From Nitrososphaeria archaeon (GTDB lineage Archaea > Thermoproteota > Nitrososphaeria > JACIWG01): a stretch of DNA of 64,000 bases. Below the pieces are notes generated by a model that searched no databases, had not been told where the DNA came from, and was given only the letters and a program-made list of their open reading frames with translations. The stretch is taken from positions 803 to 64,802 of the forward strand of contig JAOAKB010000005.1 of assembly GCA_026413865.1 (NCBI GenBank). Direction: 5' to 3'. Both the position numbers and the translations under genes were made by a program. Positions within the stretch are counted from its first letter, which is position 1, and every line of letters begins with the position of its first letter. Shown here piece by piece: positions 38,163 to 47,159 of the stretch.

Positions 38163-39619
38163 AGGAACTCAAGCTTCTTATAAACAAAATTTCTTCTATC
38201 CTTAACATATCTTATGAATATTCCATAATGTCTGCTTAGGTTCGATGAAAGGACTAGTTTTGGAAACTCAATGTTTCCAGGACATACTTCATCTTCTTCT
38301 GAAGCTTGTATCATTCCTCCTTCTGCTGGCTGATACCATAAAATACCATTTTTGTCTTGGAAAAGATGATGAGTTAAACCCTCTTCGTCTAAAATCACAT
38401 CTATACACTTTAGCTCACGCTCCTTTGGAACTGGTACAAAAATATTTTTCACTTCAACTTTTCTAATAACGTCTAGAATGTGTGCGTTCAACCTATCTTT
38501 TTCTAATGTTAGATAGTGTAGAGCTAAAATTCTTTCTCCACTTTCATCTATGCAATTGTTTGAAAGCTGGAGTGCAAAACATTGGTTTTCGTTCTTGAAT
38601 AGTGTCTGTTTTGTAACCTCTTCTAGGTTTTCGCCAGAAATTTCAATATAATAGCATTCATTGCATCCTTTTATAGTGTAAACTAGGTGTGCATGTGTTT
38701 TTTCATCGAAGACAAGATTATATTCGTCCAATATTCCTTTGAATGTTTCTAGAGGTTTTGTTTGAAAATTGGCATCTTCTCCTATTTTAATCAAGTATAT
38801 TGTTGACAAGTTGTCTGTAAAGCTGTATGCTAAAGATATCAAAACTCCGTCTTCACAAAAATATGGTGGTTCAAATATACAATTTACTTGAAAAGGCAGT
38901 TCAAAACTGTTCAGGGAAAATTTTTCATCTTCGACAACACATTTGAAGAAAACATTTTTTTCATACCAAACTATACAATTTTTTCTCTGGTCATAGTTTT
39001 CAGGTAATGCAGCATATACGTCATAAGGTTTGTCTAATCTTGTTACACGCTTATTATACCATATGTTTTTTGGAAAGTTTGGACTATTTTTCATAAAATA
39101 TAAGAAATGTTCATTGTTTTGTTTACTTATCCAAGCACTATATATTGGATCATAAGCATATCTCAAGTAGTCTCTTGGTGATGAAATGTATATCGGGTTT
39201 GATGATATAATCTTTATCTGCACAATTTCTGAATTTATAAAAAGTATTTCATGTGATGTATATGTAGCCCTTATCTTATAAAGGTCTTCAGCCAATTCGC
39301 CACAAATTTTTGTCAAATCCAAATTCAAGCATTTTTTACTATTTGGAGATAATTTGAAAGTTTTTGGTTTATAGGGTTTCAAAATTATACCTTCACGTGA
39401 AAGCCAGTTTCGTAGTGGAAATGATCTTTTAAAGCCTGTTTTTCCTAAAACTTTAAAGTTAAGGGAAGCTGATAGTGGTGTCAGTTCATCAAGCAATAAA
39501 TTTTTGTTGCCAATATTCTCTAAGCATACCGTAACTGGAATGGATTCTCCTCTAACGAATTTTCTTCTACTAAATTTCAAATGTAGTTTTAGATTTTCTT
39601 TTAGGCTCAAAAATGTCAC
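38159..39619 (-). CDS. Hypothetical protein, last gene of the contractile-tail operon
   Basis: 486-aa ORF, 3 nt after the upstream gene. No recognisable motif. N-terminal ~110 aa look beta-sandwich-like. Confidence 0.5.
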   Translation of the reverse strand: MTFLSLKENLKLHLKFSRRKFVRGESIPVTVCLENIGNKNLLLDELTPLSASLNFKVLGKTGFKRSFPLRNWLSREGIILKPYKPKTFKLSPNSKKCLNLDLTKICGELAEDLYKIRATYTSHEILFINSEIVQIKIISSNPIYISSPRDYLRYAYDPIYSAWISKQNNEHFLYFMKNSPNFPKNIWYNKRVTRLDKPYDVYAALPENYDQRKNCIVWYEKNVFFKCVVEDEKFSLNSFELPFQVNCIFEPPYFCEDGVLISLAYSFTDNLSTIYLIKIGEDANFQTKPLETFKGILDEYNLVFDEKTHAHLVYTIKGCNECYYIEISGENLEEVTKQTLFKNENQCFALQLSNNCIDESGERILALHYLTLEKDRLNAHILDVIRKVEVKNIFVPVPKERELKCIDVILDEEGLTHHLFQDKNGILWYQPAEGGMIQASEEDEVCPGNIEFPKLVLSSNLSRHYGIFIRYVKDRRNFVYKKLEFL

Positions 39620-39622
39620 ATC

Positions 39623-41746
39623 CTACTGTGTCTCAAAAACGAGTGGTGCACTTTCTATGAAATTATTTGGTCCTCGGCTAATTCTGTACTTTACTTCTGT
39701 CCTCCCTCTACCTACAATTTTTATCTTTGCAATCCAAATTTTATTTTCTTTTCTAACCCTTATTCTTCCAACTTTTGTGTTTGTTGAAATCCAACTTCCT
39801 CTCTCATATTTTGTTAAATCCTTTTTGTAGTCTATATTATCATCGTTTACAACTTCCTCAGAAGGATATAGTGCCAATAGCCTAAGTTCTTCTCCTACAA
39901 TTAGAGATTCAGGCGGGTTTTGATGAATTTTTAGCCAAGGTTCTATCACACTCCACCCATCTTGGTCGACTGTTTCTTTATCGGAATCCTCAACCCAGTA
40001 AACAGTCGGCGTCCTATGATATAATATTGTTCTCAGAGTGTTATCTTCTCCTCTTATCATTCTGTTTCTATCATAAAGTCTTAGTGTTAGTAGGCATAGT
40101 CCGCAAAAGTGCCATTCAACATTATTTATATTATATGACATTACACATGTTATCATATCATCGCTATCATGGTCGTCCCAGTATGGTCCTTCTGAACCAC
40201 TTTCCTCGCATCTTGTTGTGAATGGTATGTCAGTGTTTTTAACAAAATATGTTGCCCCATGTCTTAAGAAGAGTGCGTGTCCAAACTCGTGTACAAATGT
40301 TGACTCCATGTTTAATCCAGATACAATGTAGAACATTTTGTTGAAGAAACTTAGTCCTCCAACACTTGAGTCTTGAAATGGAGGCTTGCATATTAGTGTA
40401 CATACACCAATATCTATTCCTCTAAGCGGGTTTCTTAAACGATTATAAGTTTGTCCACCTAATTTTTCTCTGAAGACTCTTTTCGCCATTTTCTCTAAAA
40501 ACGTCCACGAGTCTCTGTTTAGATTTTGGGGGTCTTCATCTGGCGGTGTTAATTTTTGTGATCCTGGTATCGTTGGATGCGCTTGTGGAAAGGAGTAGTT
40601 TCTTAAGTCTTGAGTTTGCTCATTAACGTAATTGGGTTTCGAATATTCTTTCCATTCACTTTTGCGCCATCCTCTATACACTTCTTCTCCTAAATATCTC
40701 ATCCATTCTTCTCTTGTTATTGTGTACCTTTTTTCTGGTGGTGGTTCCTCAACTTCTATAAAAGCGTCTGCGAAGGCTGACTTTACAACCTTCCATTTCA
40801 TGTCCTCATAGTTTATTCCCTCTTGTAGGGCTACCATTTCTATCTTAATCTTCTTCCATACTGTTATTGTAGGGGTTTGAAAGTATAATGGGTATAGGTC
40901 TGGATTGTCTTTGTCCCTTAAAACAGCCTCTTGTCCGTTTCTGTTGATAAGCCTTATTTTAAGTCTATAATTGTTTCCAGCAACTGGTGGGAAATGTAGT
41001 AAGATTCTAGCATATCCTATTCTTATAATATTGTTTGAACCTTCAATCTTTTCCTCAACTTTTCTTATTGGCACTATGACTGCGTTAGGGTTTTCAGTAT
41101 ATACTCTAAATTGTCTTTTACTTTCATCCAATATTATTTTTTGTGGATTGTCCACATTACCTTGAACGCTTCTACATCTGTCTTGGAATTGTATTGGAGC
41201 AAATATGTTTGGACAGTTGTCTCCTCCATCTCCTCCTGAAACCTGGCTTTTAAGGAATGATACAAAGTCTGCTCCACATCTTCCATGCCCTTTTGGACCC
41301 TTTATTGTGCCAATGTTTTCTGGTGGATCAACTAGTTCTATTATTGCTGAAACTTCGTCTGCAACATAGTTTTCTGGATTGTCTGCAGCCATTTTTGAAA
41401 TTTCAATCTTTACTGGTATGTAAATGTCTATTTTTCCCATTATACCCCATATTCTATAAAATTGGCATTTGTCAACCACATATGATCCATTGTCTCCCAC
41501 ATTCTCTGAAATACATATTCTAAATTCGTCTGAAGATTCTAGGAGGTCAACTTCTTCCCTAATTGGAGTGTATACAGTTCTTTCAGTTTCAGTATCAACG
41601 TCTGATGCCTTTTCTATTGTATAGTTTGCATTCTGAGCTGGTGGTTGAACCTTTAAAGAAACAGTATATGAAACCTCACGTTGTAGTGTTCCTTCTAATA
41701 TGTTTGTTTTAACGTCAACTAAACCGTATGCTGTTACATCACTCAT
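39623..41746 (-). CDS. Large protein with metzincin-like zinc-protease signature
   Basis: 707 aa. HEFGHALFLRH (H-E-x-x-H-x5-H, third His at metzincin spacing) followed ~40 aa later by CVMSYN (serralysin/astacin-type Met-turn S-x-M-S-Y). Confidence 0.6.
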   Translation of the reverse strand: MSDVTAYGLVDVKTNILEGTLQREVSYTVSLKVQPPAQNANYTIEKASDVDTETERTVYTPIREEVDLLESSDEFRICISENVGDNGSYVVDKCQFYRIWGIMGKIDIYIPVKIEISKMAADNPENYVADEVSAIIELVDPPENIGTIKGPKGHGRCGADFVSFLKSQVSGGDGGDNCPNIFAPIQFQDRCRSVQGNVDNPQKIILDESKRQFRVYTENPNAVIVPIRKVEEKIEGSNNIIRIGYARILLHFPPVAGNNYRLKIRLINRNGQEAVLRDKDNPDLYPLYFQTPTITVWKKIKIEMVALQEGINYEDMKWKVVKSAFADAFIEVEEPPPEKRYTITREEWMRYLGEEVYRGWRKSEWKEYSKPNYVNEQTQDLRNYSFPQAHPTIPGSQKLTPPDEDPQNLNRDSWTFLEKMAKRVFREKLGGQTYNRLRNPLRGIDIGVCTLICKPPFQDSSVGGLSFFNKMFYIVSGLNMESTFVHEFGHALFLRHGATYFVKNTDIPFTTRCEESGSEGPYWDDHDSDDMITCVMSYNINNVEWHFCGLCLLTLRLYDRNRMIRGEDNTLRTILYHRTPTVYWVEDSDKETVDQDGWSVIEPWLKIHQNPPESLIVGEELRLLALYPSEEVVNDDNIDYKKDLTKYERGSWISTNTKVGRIRVRKENKIWIAKIKIVGRGRTEVKYRISRGPNNFIESAPLVFETQ

Positions 41747-42243
41747 GATTGTTCTTCCTTTAACTTGTATCCTTTGATTTTTAGTTTGAACCTGCCTTTT
41801 GGCACTCCCTTAAATTTTGCACATCCTTGTGTGAATGTTCCCTTTTCTTTGCTTCCATCAGAAAATTCTATCTCAAATTCTACATTATTCAATGGTGTAC
41901 CGTTTTCATCTTTTACATATATTTCTAGTGGGTATATGAATGTCCATGGTTCTGACTGTGCTTCTAGGTCTCCAACTTTTGCCCTAAAATAGTACTCTTC
42001 TAATTCGCCCTCTTCTTCTACTATCTCTTCCTTTTTTAACGTGTCTCTTTTTTCAGTTGCTCTTGGTGTCCATAGTGCCTCACCTTTTCCACCTCTTACT
42101 GTACCATTTACTTGGTCCACTATCTTTTCCTCACTGCCCTTTTTCATCCAGATCTCGAACTGCACTAGTCTTCCGTCTTCGAATCCTCTTGTGTCTACAC
42201 GTAGTTTTATTGGGCCTAGTGGTATCTTGTTTCTTTGGCTCAA
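41743..42243 (-). CDS. Hypothetical protein (beta-rich)
   Basis: 166-aa ORF with 4-nt overlaps at both ends, suggesting translational coupling within the operon. Confidence 0.45.
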   Translation of the reverse strand: MSQRNKIPLGPIKLRVDTRGFEDGRLVQFEIWMKKGSEEKIVDQVNGTVRGGKGEALWTPRATEKRDTLKKEEIVEEEGELEEYYFRAKVGDLEAQSEPWTFIYPLEIYVKDENGTPLNNVEFEIEFSDGSKEKGTFTQGCAKFKGVPKGRFKLKIKGYKLKEEQS

Positions 42244-42908
42244 ACTTTTCTTTGCTCCCTAATCTCTATCCTCTCTATTGGTGGAACTATCCTTGTAATC
42301 TTTAACTCGGTTTCAGCATTGCATGATATTATTGCCTGGTTTTCTTCGACCATTTTCCCATATAATGGCTTGAATGTTGTCCCTATTTCTTCGAAACTTT
42401 TTTCTGATTGGTATAAGATTTTTATCACATTTTCTATTAGATTGTCTAGTTGTTGTCTATCCTTTGATGTTATAATAATATGATATTTTGCCTCTATCTT
42501 GAGCCTATTAACTTCAACCTTCTTTGTTTTCGTATTATATCTTATTATAATGTTTTTGTTTCCTTTAGAAGGCTGTACCCTAAACAATATTGTTTTTCTC
42601 TCATAGTCTACATTATAGTCTTGTAGTTCCTCTAACCTTTTTCCTGCTGGATGTTCGACTGAAACAATGTTTGAAGGTGTCTCTTTTAAAACATAATCTT
42701 TTCTTTCTCCGTCTCCATCAAATTCTTCTGTTACAAGTTCACCTTCCTCTTCCACTATGTTCGATTTATCTATTTTGAACGCTACATTTTTTAATAATAT
42801 TGAAGGTTTTATGTCTATCTTGAATCCTATCCTAATGTTTTCTTCAGCAACCTCTTTAACCTCTTTTCTTAATATTTTGAGAACCTTTTCCTCAAGCTCA
42901 TAGAGCAT
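42240..42908 (-). CDS. Hypothetical protein
   Basis: 222-aa ORF within the operon. No recognisable motif. Confidence 0.45.
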   Translation of the reverse strand: MLYELEEKVLKILRKEVKEVAEENIRIGFKIDIKPSILLKNVAFKIDKSNIVEEEGELVTEEFDGDGERKDYVLKETPSNIVSVEHPAGKRLEELQDYNVDYERKTILFRVQPSKGNKNIIIRYNTKTKKVEVNRLKIEAKYHIIITSKDRQQLDNLIENVIKILYQSEKSFEEIGTTFKPLYGKMVEENQAIISCNAETELKITRIVPPIERIEIREQRKV

Positions 42909-42918
42909 TAGGTTTACC

Positions 42919-43566
42919 TCATATTGGACCTATTTTTGACTTGTAATGTATAACATTCCCTATTTTAAGTATACAGTTTGGTTCGCTCTTTCTAAATGAT
43001 ATATTGAACACTTCCTTTTCAGGATGAGGATTTTTTAACCTATACCTGTACCAGACTCTCTCGTTTGGTGAGAGAAGATATTCTAGGTACGGGTTTTCTG
43101 AACTTTTAGGCCTAAGTCTTGAACATTCGTTTATAAATAGGCCGCTTACTACGCTTGATGTTCCATCAAGGTACTCGAACACTATATCCAGTGCCTTCTT
43201 GTCGCCGTCTTCTGCTCCAGCCCAATATTCCAGTATTTCAAGATATGCTGCTAGCCCGAATCTGCATAGTTCTCCAACCTTTCCCCTCTCTGTCGCCCAC
43301 TGTCTTGTTATTGGTCCAACCACTGTTGCATTGTAGCTTGCTGTTTCTCCTGGTACTGGAACATTTAGTTCGTAACTTGTTCCAACCGGGCTTGCTGGGT
43401 TTAGGATTGTAGCGCTTTCTGTTAGGCTTTCAACATACTTTCTAAGTTCTATAACGCTTTTCTCTATCTCTTCTAAATCTTTTAGGATATCCTCTTGTAT
43501 TCTGTTCCAGTCTTCAGCTTTTATAAGTTCGCCAGGCTTTTTTGTTATGGGCTTAAATTTTGGCAC
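42919..43566 (-). CDS. Hypothetical protein, tail-fibre/receptor-binding candidate
   Basis: Sits in the slot occupied by fibre genes in Mu/P2/PBSX tails. The N-terminal LIKAEDWNRIQEDI plus coiled-coil resembles N-termini of phage fibre proteins. Recognition is weak. Confidence 0.35.
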   Translation of the reverse strand: MPKFKPITKKPGELIKAEDWNRIQEDILKDLEEIEKSVIELRKYVESLTESATILNPASPVGTSYELNVPVPGETASYNATVVGPITRQWATERGKVGELCRFGLAAYLEILEYWAGAEDGDKKALDIVFEYLDGTSSVVSGLFINECSRLRPKSSENPYLEYLLSPNERVWYRYRLKNPHPEKEVFNISFRKSEPNCILKIGNVIHYKSKIGPI

Positions 43567-44457
43567 CTAGTCCACCTCCACAATAATCTTTACTCCAGCG
43601 GCCTTAATTGCATCTAATACTTCTTTCACATATTCCTTTGTATACTTGCTTCTATTTAAAGCCTCTCTTCCTATTTTTACTGCTATTGTTGCAGGCTGTA
43701 ATCTTGTCCACTTGAATCTAACTGTAGCCTTTGGTGTACTTACAGCAAATATGCTTTCATCAAAGTAGCTTGAATCGAACACACCTATCCTTTCTCTTAT
43801 AAGCTCAGAATATTTCCATGTTGAAGCTTTTCTATGCAAGAATATTGTTTTGGTCTCCATCTTATCATTTGCCTCAACATCATTTATGTAGCATTTACCG
43901 TTTTTTATTACTATCTTGTCTCCTTTTTCGAAAACCCCTTTAAGGTTTACGTATGTGTTAAAGTCTAGGTTTGATATTGAAGGGTTTTCTATCCTGTCCG
44001 ATGCATCAATTTCTAATGTTGGTGTAGTCTTTTCTTCTATACTGTAGCTTCCAAGTGTCCACGTGTCCCCTGACATAACACTTACTTCATATGATGAGTC
44101 GGCTGGAGGGTTTTCTATAATTTGGATACCCTCTCCTACAATACTCTTTAGTATTGAGTGTATAGAATGTAGAGTTCCTCCTCCGGTAAAGTCTACTATT
44201 GCCCTAACTATTCTACTCCTATACCTCTCATCCTCTTCTCCTTCTAATCTTTTTAGTCCAAATATTGATCCCATTAGGTCTAGGTCTCCATCTGATGCTG
44301 TTTCTATCCAGTGTGAAAGCATCATATTGTATGCTAGCTCTTTTGTGTAATCGAGTTCTGTTCCAATTGCTTTAACAAGTTTAAAGATTATTGAAGACTT
44401 TATCCAGTATTTGTAAAAGTCTGGTAGGCGGGAGAATATTTTGTCCGCGCTAGACAA
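43567..44457 (-). CDS. Baseplate protein, gpI / Mu gp48 (DUF2313)-like
   Basis: Position directly after the Baseplate-J gene, with RLPDFYKYW near the N-terminus. TTG at 44457 is 1 nt after the J stop, with AGGAGG 11-16 nt upstream. This is preferred over the GTG at 44517. Confidence 0.5.
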   Translation of the reverse strand: MSSADKIFSRLPDFYKYWIKSSIIFKLVKAIGTELDYTKELAYNMMLSHWIETASDGDLDLMGSIFGLKRLEGEEDERYRSRIVRAIVDFTGGGTLHSIHSILKSIVGEGIQIIENPPADSSYEVSVMSGDTWTLGSYSIEEKTTPTLEIDASDRIENPSISNLDFNTYVNLKGVFEKGDKIVIKNGKCYINDVEANDKMETKTIFLHRKASTWKYSELIRERIGVFDSSYFDESIFAVSTPKATVRFKWTRLQPATIAVKIGREALNRSKYTKEYVKEVLDAIKAAGVKIIVEVD

Positions 44458-44458
44458 T

Positions 44459-46021
44459 CTATTCCATCCTCCTATACGAGATTCTAATGTTCCTTGCCAG
44501 AACCTTTTCCTCGTCACTTACCACAATATTTTCTTTTTCACTTCTAACTACACCTTCTGCTACTCTATGTGCTTCTATAACAAGTTCTGCTATATCTCTT
44601 ACGCCTTCCACTTCTAATGCGAGGGCTGCAGCCTTATAGAATAGTACATCTTCACCTATCTTTAGACTGGAAAGGTAGCTTCTGATTTGCTCTTCAACTT
44701 TTCTTGAAACCTCTGCTTCCGACGCCTTCTTTTCTAAAACTAGTGTTATGTCCACATCAATGTAGACTGGTTTTGGTCTCGAAAATTCAACTTTTATGCC
44801 CGCAGCTCTTGTCCTTTCTATTGCCTCAATAATTTTTTCAGGGTCTCCTCCGTCCACTATAACCTTTATTATTCCTGGAACATTGTCTACAGTCTCCTTC
44901 ACTAGCACAGAGCTTACTCCCTCAACTGACTTTATTGTTGTTTCAAGTGATGGTAGTGTTGCTTTTCCAGCTATTTCGAGTGCACGTTTTGCTCTATCTC
45001 TGAGTTCTCTATCGCTTTCTGCGTCAACTCCTCCTGTTATGTCAACCTTGTTTATCACATATTCTATTCCTACAAGTGGTTGTGGTAATACTGTTATTGA
45101 CCCTGCTAGAACGTTTCCCCTTGGTCCTGGAATTGTGCAGACTATTGGGACATCTGCTTCCCAGTTTTCCTCTGCTGTAGGCTTTAGTATGGAATCTTCT
45201 ACTGTAGTATATGTTATGACCTCCTCTGGTTTTGCAGAATATGTTGATACTCTTGTCCCCTTTGGAATGGGAATTTCACGGTATGCTATATAGTCTACAG
45301 TGAATGTTGTTCCTTGGTCAGGCCTTTTTCCTGTAGGAAGCCATCTTATCCTATTTTCTGAAATAATATAATCAACTTCGCTTCTAAACTCTGCTGCTAT
45401 ACCATTTGCTAGTCCCTTCACTTTTGAAACTTCTTTTACAAACCTGTTCCTTAAAGTATATTCTATTGAACCATCATAGAATATTATTTCTCCATTAACC
45501 TGTATTGTTTCTGGTTCACTTCTTCTACCGAATGTTACGTATCCTGAAGCTGGTTGTGGCGGTTTTCTTCTTATACCAAGTATTGCTACCACAAGGTCAA
45601 GTGCTTCACCTGACGCAGTATCTATAAATCCTGAATAATATGCCCGCTCTATTAGAAGGTTAAGATACTCTATTTCTCTTCCTACCGCCTCTAATATTGT
45701 TCTAACAACACTTCCTGGAGAAGTGTCCGTTATCTCAGCCCTTTCAGGCTTATATGTTACATTAAATTTTGTTCCATCATCGGGTCTACTGCCTCCATAA
45801 ATCCATTCAATATAATTTTCAGAAAACCTGTAGTCCAAATCTTTTACAAAAGTCTTCTTTAAGCCGTTAACAAAACCTTCTACTGATATTATATCCAAAA
45901 CCTTTCCAGACAATATGTATCTTACAACATTTTTTGAGTAAACGAATTCCTCTGACGCTTCGCTCAACATTCTAAGCATTTCTCCAACAATCTGCTGGAA
46001 AGTTTTCTTTTCAATTGGCAC
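44459..46021 (-). CDS. Baseplate J-like (T4 gp6 / P2 gpJ family) wedge protein
   Basis: 520 aa. SPGSVVRTILEAVGREIEYL motif typical of the Baseplate_J family. Abuts the gp25-like gene. Confidence 0.75.
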   Translation of the reverse strand: MPIEKKTFQQIVGEMLRMLSEASEEFVYSKNVVRYILSGKVLDIISVEGFVNGLKKTFVKDLDYRFSENYIEWIYGGSRPDDGTKFNVTYKPERAEITDTSPGSVVRTILEAVGREIEYLNLLIERAYYSGFIDTASGEALDLVVAILGIRRKPPQPASGYVTFGRRSEPETIQVNGEIIFYDGSIEYTLRNRFVKEVSKVKGLANGIAAEFRSEVDYIISENRIRWLPTGKRPDQGTTFTVDYIAYREIPIPKGTRVSTYSAKPEEVITYTTVEDSILKPTAEENWEADVPIVCTIPGPRGNVLAGSITVLPQPLVGIEYVINKVDITGGVDAESDRELRDRAKRALEIAGKATLPSLETTIKSVEGVSSVLVKETVDNVPGIIKVIVDGGDPEKIIEAIERTRAAGIKVEFSRPKPVYIDVDITLVLEKKASEAEVSRKVEEQIRSYLSSLKIGEDVLFYKAAALALEVEGVRDIAELVIEAHRVAEGVVRSEKENIVVSDEEKVLARNIRISYRRME

Positions 46022-46429
46022 TTAAACCACCTCCAATAGCATTGAATAAAATACTGTTAAGGGTCTTCTCTTTCCAACTGGTATAACAACAATCTCAATA
46101 TCGATCCTGTTTGGGTCTAAAATGTTGGGTGAAACTGTAACGCTTACAATTTCTTTGATTCTAGGCTCTCCAGATAGTGCATTAAGTACATATGTTCTTG
46201 CAAGGTTTCTTGTTTCTTCAGTGTTAGGTTGCCCTATTAGGTCATATAATTTTGAGCCATAGTCAGGGTGTCCTAGTTCCTCTAATTCGCCAAGGTCTGT
46301 CATTAGCCTGTGCACTATTGCCTGGGCAAGATTTTCTTCCTCCTGTGCAAGTTGTAGATCTCCATCTTTTACTTGTAGGTCTGCGCCTGCTTCATCAAAC
46401 TTTAATTTTAGGTCTGATTTTAATGACAT
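46022..46429 (-). CDS. gp25/GPW-like baseplate wedge (sheath-initiator) protein
   Basis: 135 aa. ...AIVHRLMTDLGE...GHPDYGSKLYDLIG...GEPRIKEI pattern of the GPW_gp25 family. Confidence 0.75.
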   Translation of the reverse strand: MSLKSDLKLKFDEAGADLQVKDGDLQLAQEEENLAQAIVHRLMTDLGELEELGHPDYGSKLYDLIGQPNTEETRNLARTYVLNALSGEPRIKEIVSVTVSPNILDPNRIDIEIVVIPVGKRRPLTVFYSMLLEVV

Positions 46430-46438
46430 GCTGTCACC

Positions 46439-47158
46439 CTAGTTTATGTTCACTGTTGCACCCTTTATTGTAGTCCTGCCACTTGCTTCCATGTTCATGT
46501 CAGCTGAAGATGTTAGCTTTAGGTTTGCGTCCGTGTTTATCTTCAAATCCGCTCCAGCATTGACCTCAAGCTCCTTTTCACTTTCGACCTTTATCTTTGA
46601 AGCTGAAAGTGATAGTGTTCCTCCTGAAGAGATTTTTGTGTTGCCTTTGGCTTTTACTACAACGTCTGCCTTCGACTCTATCACAACATCTCCATCTTTG
46701 TGCACTATAACCTTTGTTTCTCCTGTCTTAACCATAATATCTTCGTCCGTAATTTTTATCATTGTTCCCTCTGGAAACTCTAAATATATTCTTCTTTTCT
46801 CTGCATTTTTTGTGTAGGGTGGTACAAATACTATCTCTTCTAAATCGTTTACTGGAGGTCTATCTTCGTCATTGTATAGTCTTCCTATTATGACTGGTAG
46901 GTTTATGTCTCCGTTAACAAACGATACTAGGACTAGGTCTCCCACTCTCGGGGGGCATGCTAGACCTATTACCTGTGTTGCAATTTGAACGTGCTGAAGC
47001 TCTATTTCTCCACCCTTAATCTTGACATTACATTCATAGTTTTCTTTATCGTTCGGTGTACTATGTGGGAATACTGATGTTACGACACCCAATTCTATAG
47101 TATAATTTTTTTTAGCCTCGTTTTCAGCGATTTTTCTTATAAGCTCCACTATGCTCAT
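46439..47158 (-). CDS. Central spike (gpV / gp5 OB-fold + C-terminal beta-helix; VgrG-like)
   Basis: LGVVTSV...RVGDLVLVSFVNGDINLPVIIGRLYN OB-fold motif, then repetitive beta-helix VVIESKADVVVKAKGNTKISSGGTLSLSASKIKVESEKELEVNAGADLKINTDANLKLTS. Confidence 0.8.
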   Translation of the reverse strand: MSIVELIRKIAENEAKKNYTIELGVVTSVFPHSTPNDKENYECNVKIKGGEIELQHVQIATQVIGLACPPRVGDLVLVSFVNGDINLPVIIGRLYNDEDRPPVNDLEEIVFVPPYTKNAEKRRIYLEFPEGTMIKITDEDIMVKTGETKVIVHKDGDVVIESKADVVVKAKGNTKISSGGTLSLSASKIKVESEKELEVNAGADLKINTDANLKLTSSADMNMEASGRTTIKGATVNIN

Positions 47159-47159
47159 A

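Noticed and set aside
44458-44517. GTG start at 44517 for the gpI-like baseplate gene
   Set aside because: It would overlap the Baseplate-J gene by 59 nt. The TTG at 44457, with an AGGAGG 11-16 nt upstream, sits 1 nt after the J stop.
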